A DNA stretch of 64,000 nucleotides from Iphione sp. A-MEVVRFRX5 (taxonomy: Eukaryota): NCBI GenBank assembly GCA_976226885.1, contig OZ320319.1:84816001-84880000 (forward strand), given 5' to 3'. Below the pieces are notes generated by a model that was not told the DNA's origin, did no database searches, and worked only from the letters and a program-made list of their open reading frames with translations. A program made the position numbers and the translations under genes. This document shows, piece after piece, positions 12,980 through 26,500 of the stretch (its first letter is position 1; every line of letters begins with the position of its first letter).

Positions 12980-14874
12980 ATGTGTAGTGGTAGGTTATAC
13001 ATAATGAACATACATGTATGTATACGTGAAGACCTGATCACATTCACGGTGTTAGTTTAACGTCATTGTTGCTGCTGCCTGCTATTTATTATCCTCGAAG
13101 GACCAAGTTCTATCTCAAAATACTGCGGGAAAGAAATATTTATGTAGTTCATATTGTGGTTAATTTATTCTTATAGATTTAACGGAGTATAAGCTTTGTG
13201 CAAATACATATCTATATACACGCACTGATCTACACGAGGCTTGCAACACAAGCGTGAGAGGCTAGAGTATAATATATGCAGCAATACAGTTATTCAACGT
13301 GCGCCCTAAAATCATTCGGTCCACATAGATATTCATAAAGTGAAACGAATGCTGCTGTCATGTCCGTTTTTTTTATTTCATCGCAGCTGTTTCACTAGAA
13401 CAGAGGGAGACTGTGTAAAAAAATCATTCATTCACAGTTTGCTAAGTGGAATATGAAAGAATGAAATCGATCGATATAAAAATACATGTAAATAATAGTC
13501 CTTTGTACACGCACACGCAAACGTGTATATACCATGGTAGGAGCTGTATGAAATGAACAAGTGTCACGAGCTCAAGTGTTCGTGTTCACTGGTGGAACTG
13601 AATACTGCTATTGTGTGGATTGTTTTTATTGCGTGACGTCACAATGATGACGTCAAAATGAAGTCACTACGACCATGTCTGTATGGCTGAAAGTGGAGCA
13701 TACGTACATACAGTCAGGACTCCATTTCTGATTGATCTCTGTTCCAGGTAGAATGTATTTTCGTTCGTAAATCGAGTTTATTCGCATATTGAGTGTTCTC
13801 ACCATACTTGATAATACCATTGGAATCCGTTAGATTCACCTACAAATCGGATATTTTTGGATATTGAGTGTAAATTGGGTCCTGTTTGTGTTTTGTTTTA
13901 TAGTGGAGTGCCACCATCGGGACAGACGGAAATTTGGACAGGCCATAAAAGAGGACAGATTTGGACAGAACAAGACTTTTCTAATATTTTGTCTGTACAG
14001 TAATTTTGTAGTTACACACACGGTATTTTCAGGAGTTACAAGTATATGTCTGGCATTCTTGCGGTCTTCTTGTATGTAGCAGCTTATAATTATTGGCTGC
14101 AGGTGCAGTATGATGCCGTTACATGTTTCGATTTTCCATATGTAAAACACGGATTTAGGTCTACTAAAAAAGATATCTGTGTTTCTGGTCACCAGATCGA
14201 CCCTACATTGGAGTCTGTTGTGATATATTTATTGTTTTATGTATATCTTCAGAACGAAGCATGCTAGAGACTTATACAATACCCAATGTTGTTCCCTGCA
14301 TCATTGGATTTCATGTGATATGAGTTTTATTAAAATCTATGCCTTTAAAAGTGGGACTTACACGTTTTTTTTAAAGATCCGTTAACAATGAAAACTATGA
14401 AACAAAACCACCTAACGACCCTATATTTTTAGGCCTTATTAGTATTACATTGTTATAGCCTGCAATCTAAGAAACTAGAACCGTTCCCATATGTATATAT
14501 GAGGTGGAATTTATGAAAGCTATGATAAAACACACGGCGGTATAAATGTTAAGTAGGTTGGAAAGCAAACGTTTGAGGAAAATTCTGCATAGTTTAAACA
14601 TAATGGGTAAAGACAAAAATCACATACATCAAATTGCGACTGCATGCAGGTACATTGTGAACGTCGCATTCACGTGATTGTTCATTCACAAAGAGCTTGT
14701 TGAATCATTTATAATACAGACATTTCATGGTGTGTAGTCCGAAAAGAGCCAGCTAGAGGGCGTGCCACCAGACAGACTGTTGATTTGACCCTCTCTCATA
14801 AGGTATGTATACCACACTCTCCTCTCTAATATGGTAAGTATACCACTGTAAATGCCATTCTCTCCTCTCTAATA

Positions 14875-15990
14875 TTCAATTCAATTCAAATTGTTTATTT
14901 AGTCATCTGTATACAGTTGGACGTCCCAATTACGGACACCCTCGCTTATTCTCCAAATCGTCCGCATTTCAGACGTGGCTGCTTTGTAGATCGGTTAGTA
15001 GGATATGGTTTGGGGGTCAAGGGGACGTCACACTGTACATATAATTACAATGACCTGTGAAAATGACTTCAGAAGATCCTCTGCAGCCCCAAATTTGTGC
15101 AACAACACATTCTAAGAAGGGGGGCATTCAATTAAACCTGTGAAAATGCCTTCAGAAGACATTCTGCAGTCCCACATTCACGTGACAACACCTCATCCAC
15201 AGTCTAAACCCGGCTTTTAGCTGTCTAAATCCGCCAATTCCCAGTCTAAACCCCTCAATTTAACAGTCTAAACCTGTCCGCAAGTGAACACTTCACTAAA
15301 ATGAGTGTCCTGATTAGAGACGCCTAGCTATATAGGTTATGTATGGAGAAAAAGTTGGTTCTTCCATAAATAGTCCGCATTTTAGATCCGTCTGCATTGT
15401 AGATGTGTCCTCAAGGGGACATCGCACTGTACATGCAATGCATATTTTTTCATGATCAAATATTAAAGGTAGTAGGTAAACACAGTGCAGTACAAAAGAT
15501 GAACACAAGGTACAAGATACAGTGGGATGTCCCCTTGTGGACAAGTCTGGGATTCGGACGCTTCTACAATGCAGACAATTTGATGCAGAACCAAATCTAT
15601 TCCCATATACTACTCAGTGATCTATAATCAGGACACTTCTGAAATGCAGATGATTTGACGGAGAACCGAGCATGTCCCGAATCGGGACGTTTGACTGCAT
15701 AGGAAAAATAAAGAAAATTAATGTGGAAGTCAAATAACATGCAAATATCACAGTACAGGCACACTGCTATAGTCAGTACATGTATTTCACAATGAAGACT
15801 AGTACCAGACTGATGATGGAGATCAGTAAGCATTTACTCTCACTAAGGCTCACAGTTAACCTATGGTTGTAATACCACTTGACTACCAACACGACTGGAC
15901 ACATGAAATGAGTCATACACCTAGTTTGATCACAATGGCCTCCAGTTAACATTACCAGATGCATAGTAGCAGACACAACAATTGATGTAT
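14875..15990 (-). mobile_element. Probable 3' end of a non-LTR retroelement, interrupted by a MITE
   Basis: On the minus strand, AATAAA is followed by a (TTGAA)n tail at 14900-14875, resembling the tail of the LINE at 18605. The extent is inferred from the interrupted minisatellite. Confidence 0.4.
14914..15697. mobile_element. Tc1/pogo-like non-autonomous foldback element (about 785 bp)
   Basis: Imperfect TIRs CAGTTGGACGTCCCAATTACGGACA and TGTCCCGAATCGGGACGTTTGACTG. TA on the left, CA on the right. Internal inverted repeat AAGGGGACATCGCACTGTA / TACAGTGGGATGTCCCCTT. Confidence 0.5.
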
Positions 15991-16335
15991 ACACTGTATA
16001 TGGTATGCATACCACAGTGAATACCATCTCTGCCCTCTCTAATACAGTACATGTATTTATATCCCTGTAAATACCATACTCTCCTGTCTAATATGGTATG
16101 TATGCCACTGTAAATGCCATACTCTCTTCTCATATATTGCATTGTAGATAGCGTATAGGCCAAGGGCCATGCTATTTCCATCCATGAATATGTTCATATA
16201 CACAACACTATACAAGTTCGCTTTTATTTTATCTCATGGAACAATAATAATTTAAGACGATTTGAAAATTTACTTTTAGAATGTAATACAGACAATCATA
16301 TTCGATGAAACTTTTACAATGCATTTTTAAAACAC

Positions 16336-17955
16336 CTATCGGCCTCATTCAACAACTACTTCATTGATGAAGTTGAAAGGCTAGCAAGGCCGGTCGTTGC
16401 CAGTGATGGAACTGATCCGTACCCGACGAACGAGGGTTTCGTCATAACTCCTCCCACTCCAATACAGGCTCGCAAGCTAGTGGAGACGATTGACACCCGC
16501 AAGTCGTCTGGGATTGATGGGGTACCATCTAAGATTTTGAAGCCTTTGCTGCTTCTGTGCCCGGACTTTGTTTCCTGGCTTTTTACGGAAACGTACAGAA
16601 CGGGGAGGTTTCCATTGAGCTGGAAGTGTGCACGTGTTACCCCAGTGTTCAAGAAGGGAGAACTGGAACAGCTGGCCAATTACCGGCCTGTTTCAATTCT
16701 CCCGGTTATCTCGAAACTCTGCGAGAGATGGTTCACTGAGGCTATTGTCTCAAAGCTGGAAGCAAACAATGCAATAGTTCCCAACCAGCATGGCTTTCGT
16801 GCAGGGAGGGGAACAGAAACGGCAGTAGTTAATATTGTGAACCAGGTACATGACCTAACAAATAGTGGCCTCTACACTTGTCTATTAGCCTTCGATTTAA
16901 AGAAGGCTTTCGACCTTGTGCCACATAGTATGGTAGTGAAGAGGCTACTCGAAATGGGGGCTGGTCAGCAAGTTTGTAAGATGATCAAGTCTTACCTTAG
17001 TAACAGATGCCAGTTTGTGCGGGTCTCTGGGCAAGACTCTCAAGTGCGAGCCATCAAACAGGGGGTGCCACAGGGGTCGATTTTCGGCCCTGTGGCATTT
17101 AATCTGGCCATAAACAACATTGTGAAGGTGCTTCCAGTGGAGTGCAAGGCTGTAATGTACGCGGACGATCTCTCAGTCGTGGCTTTTGCCCGAGATTTGC
17201 TGAGACTCCGCGGTACTGCAACCTTGGTCCTTAAATCTGTCGCAACCTGGTGTAACAATGAGGGCCTCAGGCTAAGCACGCAGAAGTGTGTGTATTGCCC
17301 ACTTGCAAAGGCCCATGGCATTTCACTAGATCTGTCATTAGATGGTCACTCCCTGTGCCTGGATAAGAGCCCTAAACTACTTGGGTACAGACTGGATGGA
17401 AAACTGAGTATGAGAGAATGTTGCAAGGAGGTGAAGAGGAAAGCCTGGACAGCTGCCCTAAAAACAGGGAGAACGAAGAGCTTTCTCCCTTTCAAAGCCA
17501 GACTGCTGTTGTTTAAAAGCCTGGTAGTTACACATTACCACTACAGCGCAGTATTGTGGTATGGTCTGCCCTCCAGGGTAATTGTAGACATGCAGGTACA
17601 CCTTAACCGGTGTGCTCGGGTGTGCCTACAGGGTAGCTCCCATCTGTCTGCAGCAAGGCTATACAGACACTTGGGAGTGACTCGGGTTGCTGACTTAGTG
17701 GCCCGTAAAGGTTTATGTGCAATACATAAACAGATGAGACTTGGACTGCTATGTCCAGACAGGTCCACCAAAACTAGACAAGGGTGTGATATCAGAGGGA
17801 TGGTGAACAGACCAAAAAGTACTAGGTATGCCAGGTCCTTGCGATACCTAGGGGTCAGGGAGTGGAACTCACTCCCTGCCCATCTGAAGATGAGAGATCG
17901 TCTTGGAGCAGGACTCAAGTGTGACGACGTGCTCGGGAGGGCTCTCCTTGTGTAG
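16336..17955 (+). CDS. LINE ORF2 reverse transcriptase domain and C-terminus (no endonuclease; 5'-truncated)
   Basis: Uninterrupted frame from the truncation point (FNNYF...) to the stop. Motifs NYRPVSIL, QHGFR, FDLKKAFD, GVPQGSIFGP, YADD and Y..YSAVLW. Confidence 0.92.
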   Translation, partial: LSASFNNYFIDEVERLARPVVASDGTDPYPTNEGFVITPPTPIQARKLVETIDTRKSSGIDGVPSKILKPLLLLCPDFVSWLFTETYRTGRFPLSWKCARVTPVFKKGELEQLANYRPVSILPVISKLCERWFTEAIVSKLEANNAIVPNQHGFRAGRGTETAVVNIVNQVHDLTNSGLYTCLLAFDLKKAFDLVPHSMVVKRLLEMGAGQQVCKMIKSYLSNRCQFVRVSGQDSQVRAIKQGVPQGSIFGPVAFNLAINNIVKVLPVECKAVMYADDLSVVAFARDLLRLRGTATLVLKSVATWCNNEGLRLSTQKCVYCPLAKAHGISLDLSLDGHSLCLDKSPKLLGYRLDGKLSMRECCKEVKRKAWTAALKTGRTKSFLPFKARLLLFKSLVVTHYHYSAVLWYGLPSRVIVDMQVHLNRCARVCLQGSSHLSAARLYRHLGVTRVADLVARKGLCAIHKQMRLGLLCPDRSTKTRQGCDIRGMVNRPKSTRYARSLRYLGVREWNSLPAHLKMRDRLGAGLKCDDVLGRALLV

Positions 17956-18605
17956 AGTCCAGAAAGCTCAGTTGAGAACATGAGCTTCAGAGGTATCTCA
18001 TCTGGGATACTTCTTGTAGCTCCCCGCCAATCTGGCTGGGGCTGGTGACAGATATATCTGATGGTGCATAAAGACATACTACTTACGCAGTTCACGTAAA
18101 CCTATTTGCTGAGTGGGACTTTACTGATATTACAGCCAGGATTGCTCATCTAGTTTTTGGGAGGATACTTTCAGTGATGTAATACTGCTCTAAGTGGTAG
18201 ATCATGTGATACAACCTTTTGGTTTAATCCCTTAACCTGTTCCAGTGTGTAAAACCTTTGGAACTGACTGATGTGATGCTTGTGTGAAACTGATCAGTTG
18301 CAACAATGGATATATGCTATATTTCGTTCATATTGTTGATTGTGTAGCTTCAGGTGAATTATTAGGTCTCTTTCACCTGGATGCATTGATGATGTCGGGT
18401 AACTGTTACTGTATTAGGTATGTGATAACTTCATTTGTTCAGCAGTGTTTATACGGATCTTTATCTATGATATGAGGAGTAATGATGAGTGACAAATTTG
18501 CTCTGCACTGTTTCATCTTTTAAATAAGCACATGTTCGTCAGATTTCAACGATGATAGCTCTGATGTAAATTGGAGATGTTGAATAAAGACTTGAAACTT
18601 GAAAC
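16336..18605 (+). mobile_element. 5'-truncated CR1/L2-group LINE, apparently young
   Basis: RT ORF, ~650-bp 3' UTR, AATAAA plus (ACTTGAA)n tail. 8-bp TSD TAAAACAC at 16328-16335 and 18606-18613. Confidence 0.9.
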
Positions 18606-19655
18606 TAAAACACTGTTCGCCTGTGTTACATTTCCACAACATTGCTATATGTACAGACAATGTGTCAGTTACGTTGTACCTATATTATTATATATTTTTT
18701 GTAACCTACAGATATATTATTTCAAATATGTCAATATGTACAATTGTACACAATGTATGTATCAAGCATACTTGAACAACCGGAGGTTTCACAAAAGCTG
18801 ACACATTTTCAAAAAGTAAACTAGGTTGAAAGCTGCCACCGACCCCTCCAATTAATTCTACGTCTGACAGGACACTGCGAACAGATGGCGTTGTATGTAC
18901 CTGTATAATTCAGCTTTCAACCATTGTTTATACACGTCAATACAATAATACATGTACATACACGTGGGCACCGCCACCTATCGACATTCACCTTCACTAT
19001 GTGTCCACCTGCAGTCGAACCGGCATGTACACTCGGAACTGCCTGCGATGTCACAAGCATGGTAGCTCAGGACCACAACGCCGAAACTTCTGAGGGATTC
19101 TTCATTCCACCTTGGGTCTGTGCCTGCTGCTAGTGTTGCAGAATACTGCAGGACACACACACGGATGCTGGAGTACGGAGTCGGAATATACTGCTGATTT
19201 CGCCATAGATATAGTGTGGGTCATGGGTGAGTGCCCACAGACATCATCCGGGTGTACATTCCTTGTCAGGAATTCCTGTACTATACATAACTGTGTGTCT
19301 GCCTACAAAGGTACCTCAAGATTGTTATTATTTGATTTTTAATCAGCACCAATGTCGATGTGGAGGTCTGTATTCATAGGACAGATACGGATCAAACTTC
19401 ACTGATATAGTTCACAATGTGGCCGTCAGGGAAAATCGCAACAGTCGCCATCTAGCGATGATCTGTTTTATATGTGATGTTACGCATGAAAGCTCTCATG
19501 TGGAAAAGATTGTTATTCCCGCAAGTTAGTTTTCTCTCGCTTCTTTTTCCCCGGTTCTCTATCCCGGTGATTCATCGTTTGGAAAATGATTTCTGTCATG
19601 TGACCTCCACGCTCGTCTTTTGGAAGAAGGTCGTGACACAAAGAAAACATTAAAC

Positions 19656-20501
19656 ATGCCTCTGTACACTAAACCTTACAATAGCACCTGCCTTAACGTC
19701 ACAGACAGAGTGTTATGGCATCTGATGCTACCGCAGACGATATTTCTCAACTTCACCTTGTCTTGGTTGAAACTGACGACGCAGGAGCAGGCGTCCCGCC
19801 AGGAGGACCCGTGTTACGAACGCTATGTGATTCTCTCCTTCCTACTTCCCTTCATGCTCATTATCTCACTCCTCTATCTGCCCATCTTTACTGTGTCCTT
19901 CCTCTTATGGATGGCCATTCAAGGGCACCGTAATAACTGTGTCGTGCTCGTCACAGATAAGAGCAGTGAACAAACGCCAACGGCTCCAGATGAAATAACA
20001 GTGTTGTCTATAGACACTCGTCTGTTGCCGGAGTTTTGGTCGAGGCAACAGAATCTCTCCCACACTCTGAGACGCAGTCAAACGATCGGAAGGATCCTGA
20101 CAGGAACTCATCAAAATGGCCACCAGGAAACTACTCATATCGAAAGCGTTCAGACCACGTACGAAACTTATGCTACCACCAGTCATCAGTCACAGGGAAG
20201 CTCGGGGTCGAAAGCAAGAACTTTTGGCTTTCGTGAGGATATCCCTCCTGATGTAGGCGTTATTTGCCTCCAGGGAGTATACGACGAGCGCGCAGAAGAC
20301 AATCTGGTCTCTCATCTTTCGCGCCATTTTCCTTACGTCATCTCCAAGGTGACAGTGAACTCGTGGCGTACGAACCGCTTCCGGTGGGGGAGTGGACTCC
20401 TTCTTGCTAGTCATTATCCCATTGAAGATGCATTCTTTCAGACGTTTGATGATTCGACTTGTCAAGATGTGATCAAAGCGAAGGGCTTTCTAATTGTGAA
20501 G
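19656..20501 (+). CDS. SMPD3: nSMase2-like coding exon 1 (membrane-anchor N-terminus and start of the EEP catalytic fold)
   Basis: ATG at 19656, AAG|GTGAGT donor, 282 codons. Confidence 0.9.
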
Positions 20502-23500
20502 GTGAGTCTTTTCTTGAGCTCTCTTGATAACTGGGTAATTGATATGGATGAAACCTAGTTTTTTTTAAAGAACGGGGGTCCATGTTGAATATTACCTATC
20601 ATTTAAAAGATGATATCTTTCGATAAATGCATTCGTTATATATTACCAGAAAATCAGCATTTGGCCCTCACAGGTAATGTATACACACTAATACTCTACA
20701 GACTTACTTCATACAGGGTGGTTCCGTATGTTGTTAATTTGTGCATGGCATACTTATGTATTAAAACCTAGTATTTAAAAATTAACTAGCCCAGGTGATA
20801 ATTATCAGTTGGGCAGTACATAAAAGCATTTCTGATCAATGATACCAGAATAAAAGCACGATTATGAATATAAAGCATCTATTATTTTGATTCTAACTGA
20901 TATGTATGCTTTTGTTCACTCTTTAACTTCTTCCTGACTTCCCGAAAGCTTATCAGCCAAATTTGGTTGATAAGCCTATGGAAAGATAAAAAAAGCACAG
21001 TAAATCTGGGCATTAATTCTGAAATAAATGAACAGTTCATATTCTAGAGGGTATAAGCTATATAACTACCCCTAAAAGTATTGTTTTGTAACATGGGGTA
21101 TCACTAAGATGGCGATATAACTTTGCTGTAAGTCATGTGATGACAACTTTCTGAAGTTATTACCTATCCTGACTAGTAGTAATACTCTATGACCTACAAA
21201 TTCCATGTTACTTTATAATAAAACCCGGTAATATTTTTAGAATAATCCTTAAGTTTGTTTGCTCACTTTTTAAATACATTTTTATGTTATTACTTTGAAA
21301 ACGTGAAATAGATTGGAAATTCCTCGAGATTTTCTGTTAATGATTCACTTATACATAGACACTGGTATGACTGATAATTCTAATTTAACAGTTTCTTCAA
21401 GACATGCTATTGCCAACATCCTTGACATCCTTGCCGATGCAAACATATATTACCTTAGACTGTCATAAAAACCGATCAGGCCCATATATAAAGATAAATT
21501 ATGCATCAAACAGCTGGAAATGACTCGCTGAACACTCTCTTAATTCAACGTTTCTTTCGAGGAGCAATTCTTTTTAGTGTTTTCCTACTAGAAATGTAAA
21601 TTAGGCCTAAACAAAAAATACCTGTGTTTCCGGTAACCCGACCAACCCTACATCAGAGCCAATTGCAACTTTTTATTTTTTTCTTGTTTTCTGAATAACT
21701 TCAGAATGAATAATGATAGAGACATGTTCTATATACCAAATTACTCCTTAGCTTTGTAGCTTTCATTTGACATAAGTTTTATTAAAATCTAAGTAGTAGA
21801 AGTGATATTACTATACATATTTCTTCCTCTCATCCTGAATTAACATTGAAAAAAAAAGAAAAATAAAAAAAATATTACCTACCGACCGACCCTCTCTTTT
21901 TTGGGCTTGTTACCAGAAACACAGAACTTTTTTTTAGGCCTTAGTGTAAATTTAGTATAAATTTATGTGATCTCACATTCAATCCTGTCCTATTGCCATG
22001 GTAACTAGAAAAATAAATAAAAACACTTTAGATATAAGGTTCAATATATCAGCTTTCATATGGTATATAACATTGCAAATTGTCTGTAGTATCAAAACTA
22101 CAGATGAAGAAGCTTTGTTGACCTACATTTACCTCTTCAAATTTCACAATTTCTGGTGATCAGGAAGGAGTTAGACACCAAAGACAGTTTATCTTCACTG
22201 ACTGTCTTGAATAACAACACATTCTACACTTGTAGATATCACTACCAGGAAAATCCGGTGAAGCAGCAACTAGTCCTCTAGTAGTGGTGAACACAGAACT
22301 TCAAGAGGGAGCAGGTAATGTGTATAAAGTAATTATTAAAAAAAATTGATAAAAATAGTCAGCAAAGACAACTGGAACAGAACGCTAATAGAACGCTAAT
22401 TTGCATAGTTGATTGGGAATTATTTCACCAAATATTACATAATTACACTACCTATATAAAACGTTGCCTAAAGTAGTTCTGCCATGGGGAGGCTTTCTCA
22501 CCCTGATGAGATTTAAGACAGGGAAATTACTTTTCATATTGACCCATATGTACAGTAAGAGTATTGCAAAAAAAAGACATGTTATGTGCATTTTATCAAG
22601 ATTAATACCATTTAAAGGAGAAACAGAATCTTATACTGGACTATTTCGTTTAGATTGGTGTAGTAACACAATAATGACCTTGACCTTGTAAAAAAGGCCT
22701 CCCCTTCCCTGCCACCCCTGTGTGTGTACAGTCTGTACTTTGACCCCTCCCCCTGTACTTTGACCCCTCCCCCCTACCCCACCCCACCCCAAACCTCAAT
22801 CAGTGCAGTTGCTAAAGGCACTTGTGAAGTTATTCAAAAAATGTTTGATAGAGAGTAAAAAATGTAGGTATACATGTAGCAGCACAACAAGGCTTTCGGG
22901 TCACATCATAAGTGGACTGAGGCTGTGGAATGGGCTTCCCTCATAAGCAAAAGAGACAGATGAGATGCCAACCTTTGGGAGATTAATCCTTAAATTCTTG
23001 CATTCGATCAACAAATAGAGAAACCTGTCTAAGTTTTGCACAATTAACTAATATTCACTGGGAGACCTTGGTCACGTACTAAAGAAGTGAATAAAGGTTA
23101 TGTTTATGTCTATATTTAAAGGTAAAGCCAAAAATAGCTTTCATTGTTGACAGAACAAAAAATATTTCTCTAAATTCCCCTTGATACATTGGGCCATCCC
23201 TTGATTACTGCTAAATGGGAAGAGAGCGAGTAATTTTCATCTGTCCGAGAGTATGTTAAGGACTCTGTTGCAAATGAACTGAGAGTGCTGAAAATGTTCA
23301 TTCCTGTGAAATAGCTCAGTATTCTTACACTTCCATGGCCATGTTTTCTGTGCCTATGTCGGTGTTCTTGGCCCGCCCCCCTCCCTTCAGGGGAGCAGGA
23401 CTTAGAAATGCTGCTGTCCAACTGTCAGGCCCTGTTATTACACTGGGATCATTCCACACTCCAATGAACCTGCTCTACAGTACTGCTATTGAGGGATCGC

Positions 23501-26500
23501 TGGAGTGCTAGTCATCCCAATGTAATACAGTATTTATGCTGTATGATGTAATGATTGGCTTTTGACCAATGCCAATGAATAGTTTCATAAAAGTGTTGGA
23601 AAATAGCATCAGTCTAGTGATGTTTAGGCCTCCTAAAAGATATCTGTGCCCTTGGCTTTAATATGATACCAGTCTCATTAAGACCCAAGCAGCAGAAGTG
23701 ATAGCTCTAGACTTACTAGACTTACAAAGAACTATCTAGCTCTTTCACTATAACATTTGTATGTTAGAACAGAATAAACCCACCTATCTACCCACCATAT
23801 ATTTTCTCATCATGTTACTGGAAACAGAGATTTGTTGGTTTATTGGGGAGAGGGGAGGCCTTAGTAAATAATTGGTTGGTAGAAAATTGATAGGACCATG
23901 ATATCTCCCAGAATAATTAATGGAAAATACTTGTATAATGCTATATATGCAACAGACAGGTATTTTCTGGGACAATTGTGCACTAATAGCAATAAACCTA
24001 TGAAGCATGACATTTTGGAGTCTAAAGCATGACTTTTTCGGGTCTAAAATTATCATCTGCATACCCGTACTGTCAAGATTTTGTAACCCACAGAATAATC
24101 ACATACGGTGTTATTCTTTTACTGTAAGTGTACCTGAGTACAGCTAAGTTAAGGTACTGGTGAATAGAAAAACCGTTCTTTCATTTCTATCAGTAGAGGA
24201 CCTCTATATCTATATTTACCAGAGGTATGATATTTTGTTCAAAGATCTATCAAATCACTTTTCAGAACAAAAACCACTAGACATACGTTTGCAGCAGAGA
24301 AAGCAATTGTCCAATGTTCTCATTGATGAATTGGACAAAGTGAATAGGGGCTGTGCTTGTATTCTGAGTGGTAATTTCCACATGGATAAATTACCTTCAG
24401 GTAAGATATTTACATGTATTAAAATCATACATTGAAAATAGTAGACGAGATTACTGTGCCTTTCTATTAGGCACCCCCCCAAAAAAAACGGTCTGTTTAT
24501 GGTAACGGCCAGCCAAAAACCTAGGTAGGGAGGGGGTATCTTTTTAAAAGTTTTTTTCAATTTCTTCCTCTGGCCGTTTCAATTTCTTCCTCTAGTCCTG
24601 TCTTTGATATATCCTGGTCATAAATCCCAACCATATAATACTGTGTGCATTTTATTTCAATATCTTACATTTCAATGTGTATATTTTGATATAGATTATT
24701 GATATTTTTCATGTTACTTTACACAGTAGAAATTCGCATTGCAGTCAGCTCAGAACAGTCCACATGCGATTCTGATCTAATTTGCCTAAAACTAACCATT
24801 TGCCTCTATAATATACTTAAATGTCAGGAATACGGTCATCTTGCTAAGGCCTAAACAAAAAATATCTGTGTTTCCGGTAACCCAACTGACGCTGCCTTTG
24901 ACCCACTGGAACATTTTATTTTATGATATTTTTGTTAATATCTCTGGAATGGATGATAGTAGAGACATATACAATACACCATTTCGTTGCTCACATTATT
25001 AGCTTTCATCTTATAACAGTTTTATAATCCAGTCAATATAACCTATGTTACCATTTATATGTTTAGCTTTGAGTATGATTTAACATTAAAAAAGCAAAAA
25101 AATATACCACCTACCTACCAACACTCTAAATTTTCATCTGTTACTGGAAACAAAGAATTTTTTTAGGCCTAATAGAATTGCCTTACCCTGTGTTTCTGTA
25201 TATTGCTTATATTGCGTACCAAAGCAACAAATCCCATCTACAATATACTCAAAAATAGCATATACAAAGGGAAATCACCGAACCAACACAGTTCACGGAG
25301 TCAACCAGGCAACAGAGTCGAAAACAACTTCGGTTGGCCACACCTCTTGCATAATGCCTATAAAACTAGCTGCATTGCCAGAGACAATGCAACATCATTC
25401 ATTCAGAAAACACCTGGAATATGTGGGTCCTTCGACGATTGGCTATTGGAAATGATCAGATTCTGGTCGACAAGCTATTGTAGTCACTTTTACTGGGGGG
25501 CGGGGGAGCCACTGTATCTGTTGTTAACAGGGTTCCATTATTGACCACATCAATCTCTTCCTTGTAAAATATAATTTCATTTTAATATTGATAGAGGGTC
25601 CTATCATAGACAAGTTCATGGACTCGCGTGATCTTCAGTCCGACCCTGGATCACTAGGCCTCATAGGTAAGGGCACCAGATCATACACGTACAAATAATG
25701 TCAATCTCTAGTCTGCCCATCCCGCGCACCCCCGCCACGAACAATTAGATTACTCCATAGTCTGTACCAAATAAATAGGGGCCTAAATCTACTCATTACC
25801 CTCGTCAACTTGATTCTCACTATATCCAGCCTGAAATTAAGGATGATAGAAAACTTAGCTCACTTTCCACCAGCTTTTAACATGAAATAGACTGCTTCAA
25901 TGGGACGTCCTCTTTGAGGCCTCTCTCTCAGATCAAATGCTTCAGATTGTGACAAGTAAGGATTATGAAAGCCTCTTGTAATTCACCTCGTGCTTTTGCT
26001 TTTAGCCTCGGAGATCAAATCTGAACTGCTTTATGATCCTTCTTTGTCGACCCCTAAATCCATGAAAAGGTAGGTAGAATAGATAGGCTGTTAATTACAC
26101 AAAAACAATTATGTACAGTCAAGTAAACGTAATATTCTTACATCAGTGCAAAAGTGCAAAAAAGATACGCTGAAGGATAGCAGATACAGAGCAGACTTAT
26201 GAACACAAGATGGCTGCCAGATAGAAAGACTACCTCTTACATCAATGATAACACTTTTTTTATGTCACTTGCTATTTCAAAATGTCTTGAACTTTAAGGT
26301 ATTTCGTCATTCTACCCTTGTAAGCACCTTATTTGGTACAATGGAATCTTAGATTAATGGGTGCTGAGGAATATGTGACTTGAAGAGGTCTTGTAGTCCA
26401 CATGTATTATACTTCAGGACGCTGGAGACAACAGTCGGACGGCAGGAGTTTCTAGTGGATGTTGAGTCATCCGCGAACGATGACGCACCCACCCCTACTT

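Larger units (their letters stand above)
14800..16140. repeat. ~41-bp minisatellite split in two (14800-14874 and about 15995-16140) by a nested insertion
   Basis: TATGGTATGTATACCACTGTAAATGCCATACTCTCCTCTCTAA-like units occur on both sides of the insert. Confidence 0.6.

Noticed and set aside
13633-13660. Twin TGACGTCA (CRE) palindromes
   Set aside because: No adjacent gene start. Such motifs are common inside repeats, so function cannot be supported.
16356-18095. Minus-strand ORFs of 107, 93 and 184 aa
   Set aside because: Antisense shadows of the LINE RT frame.
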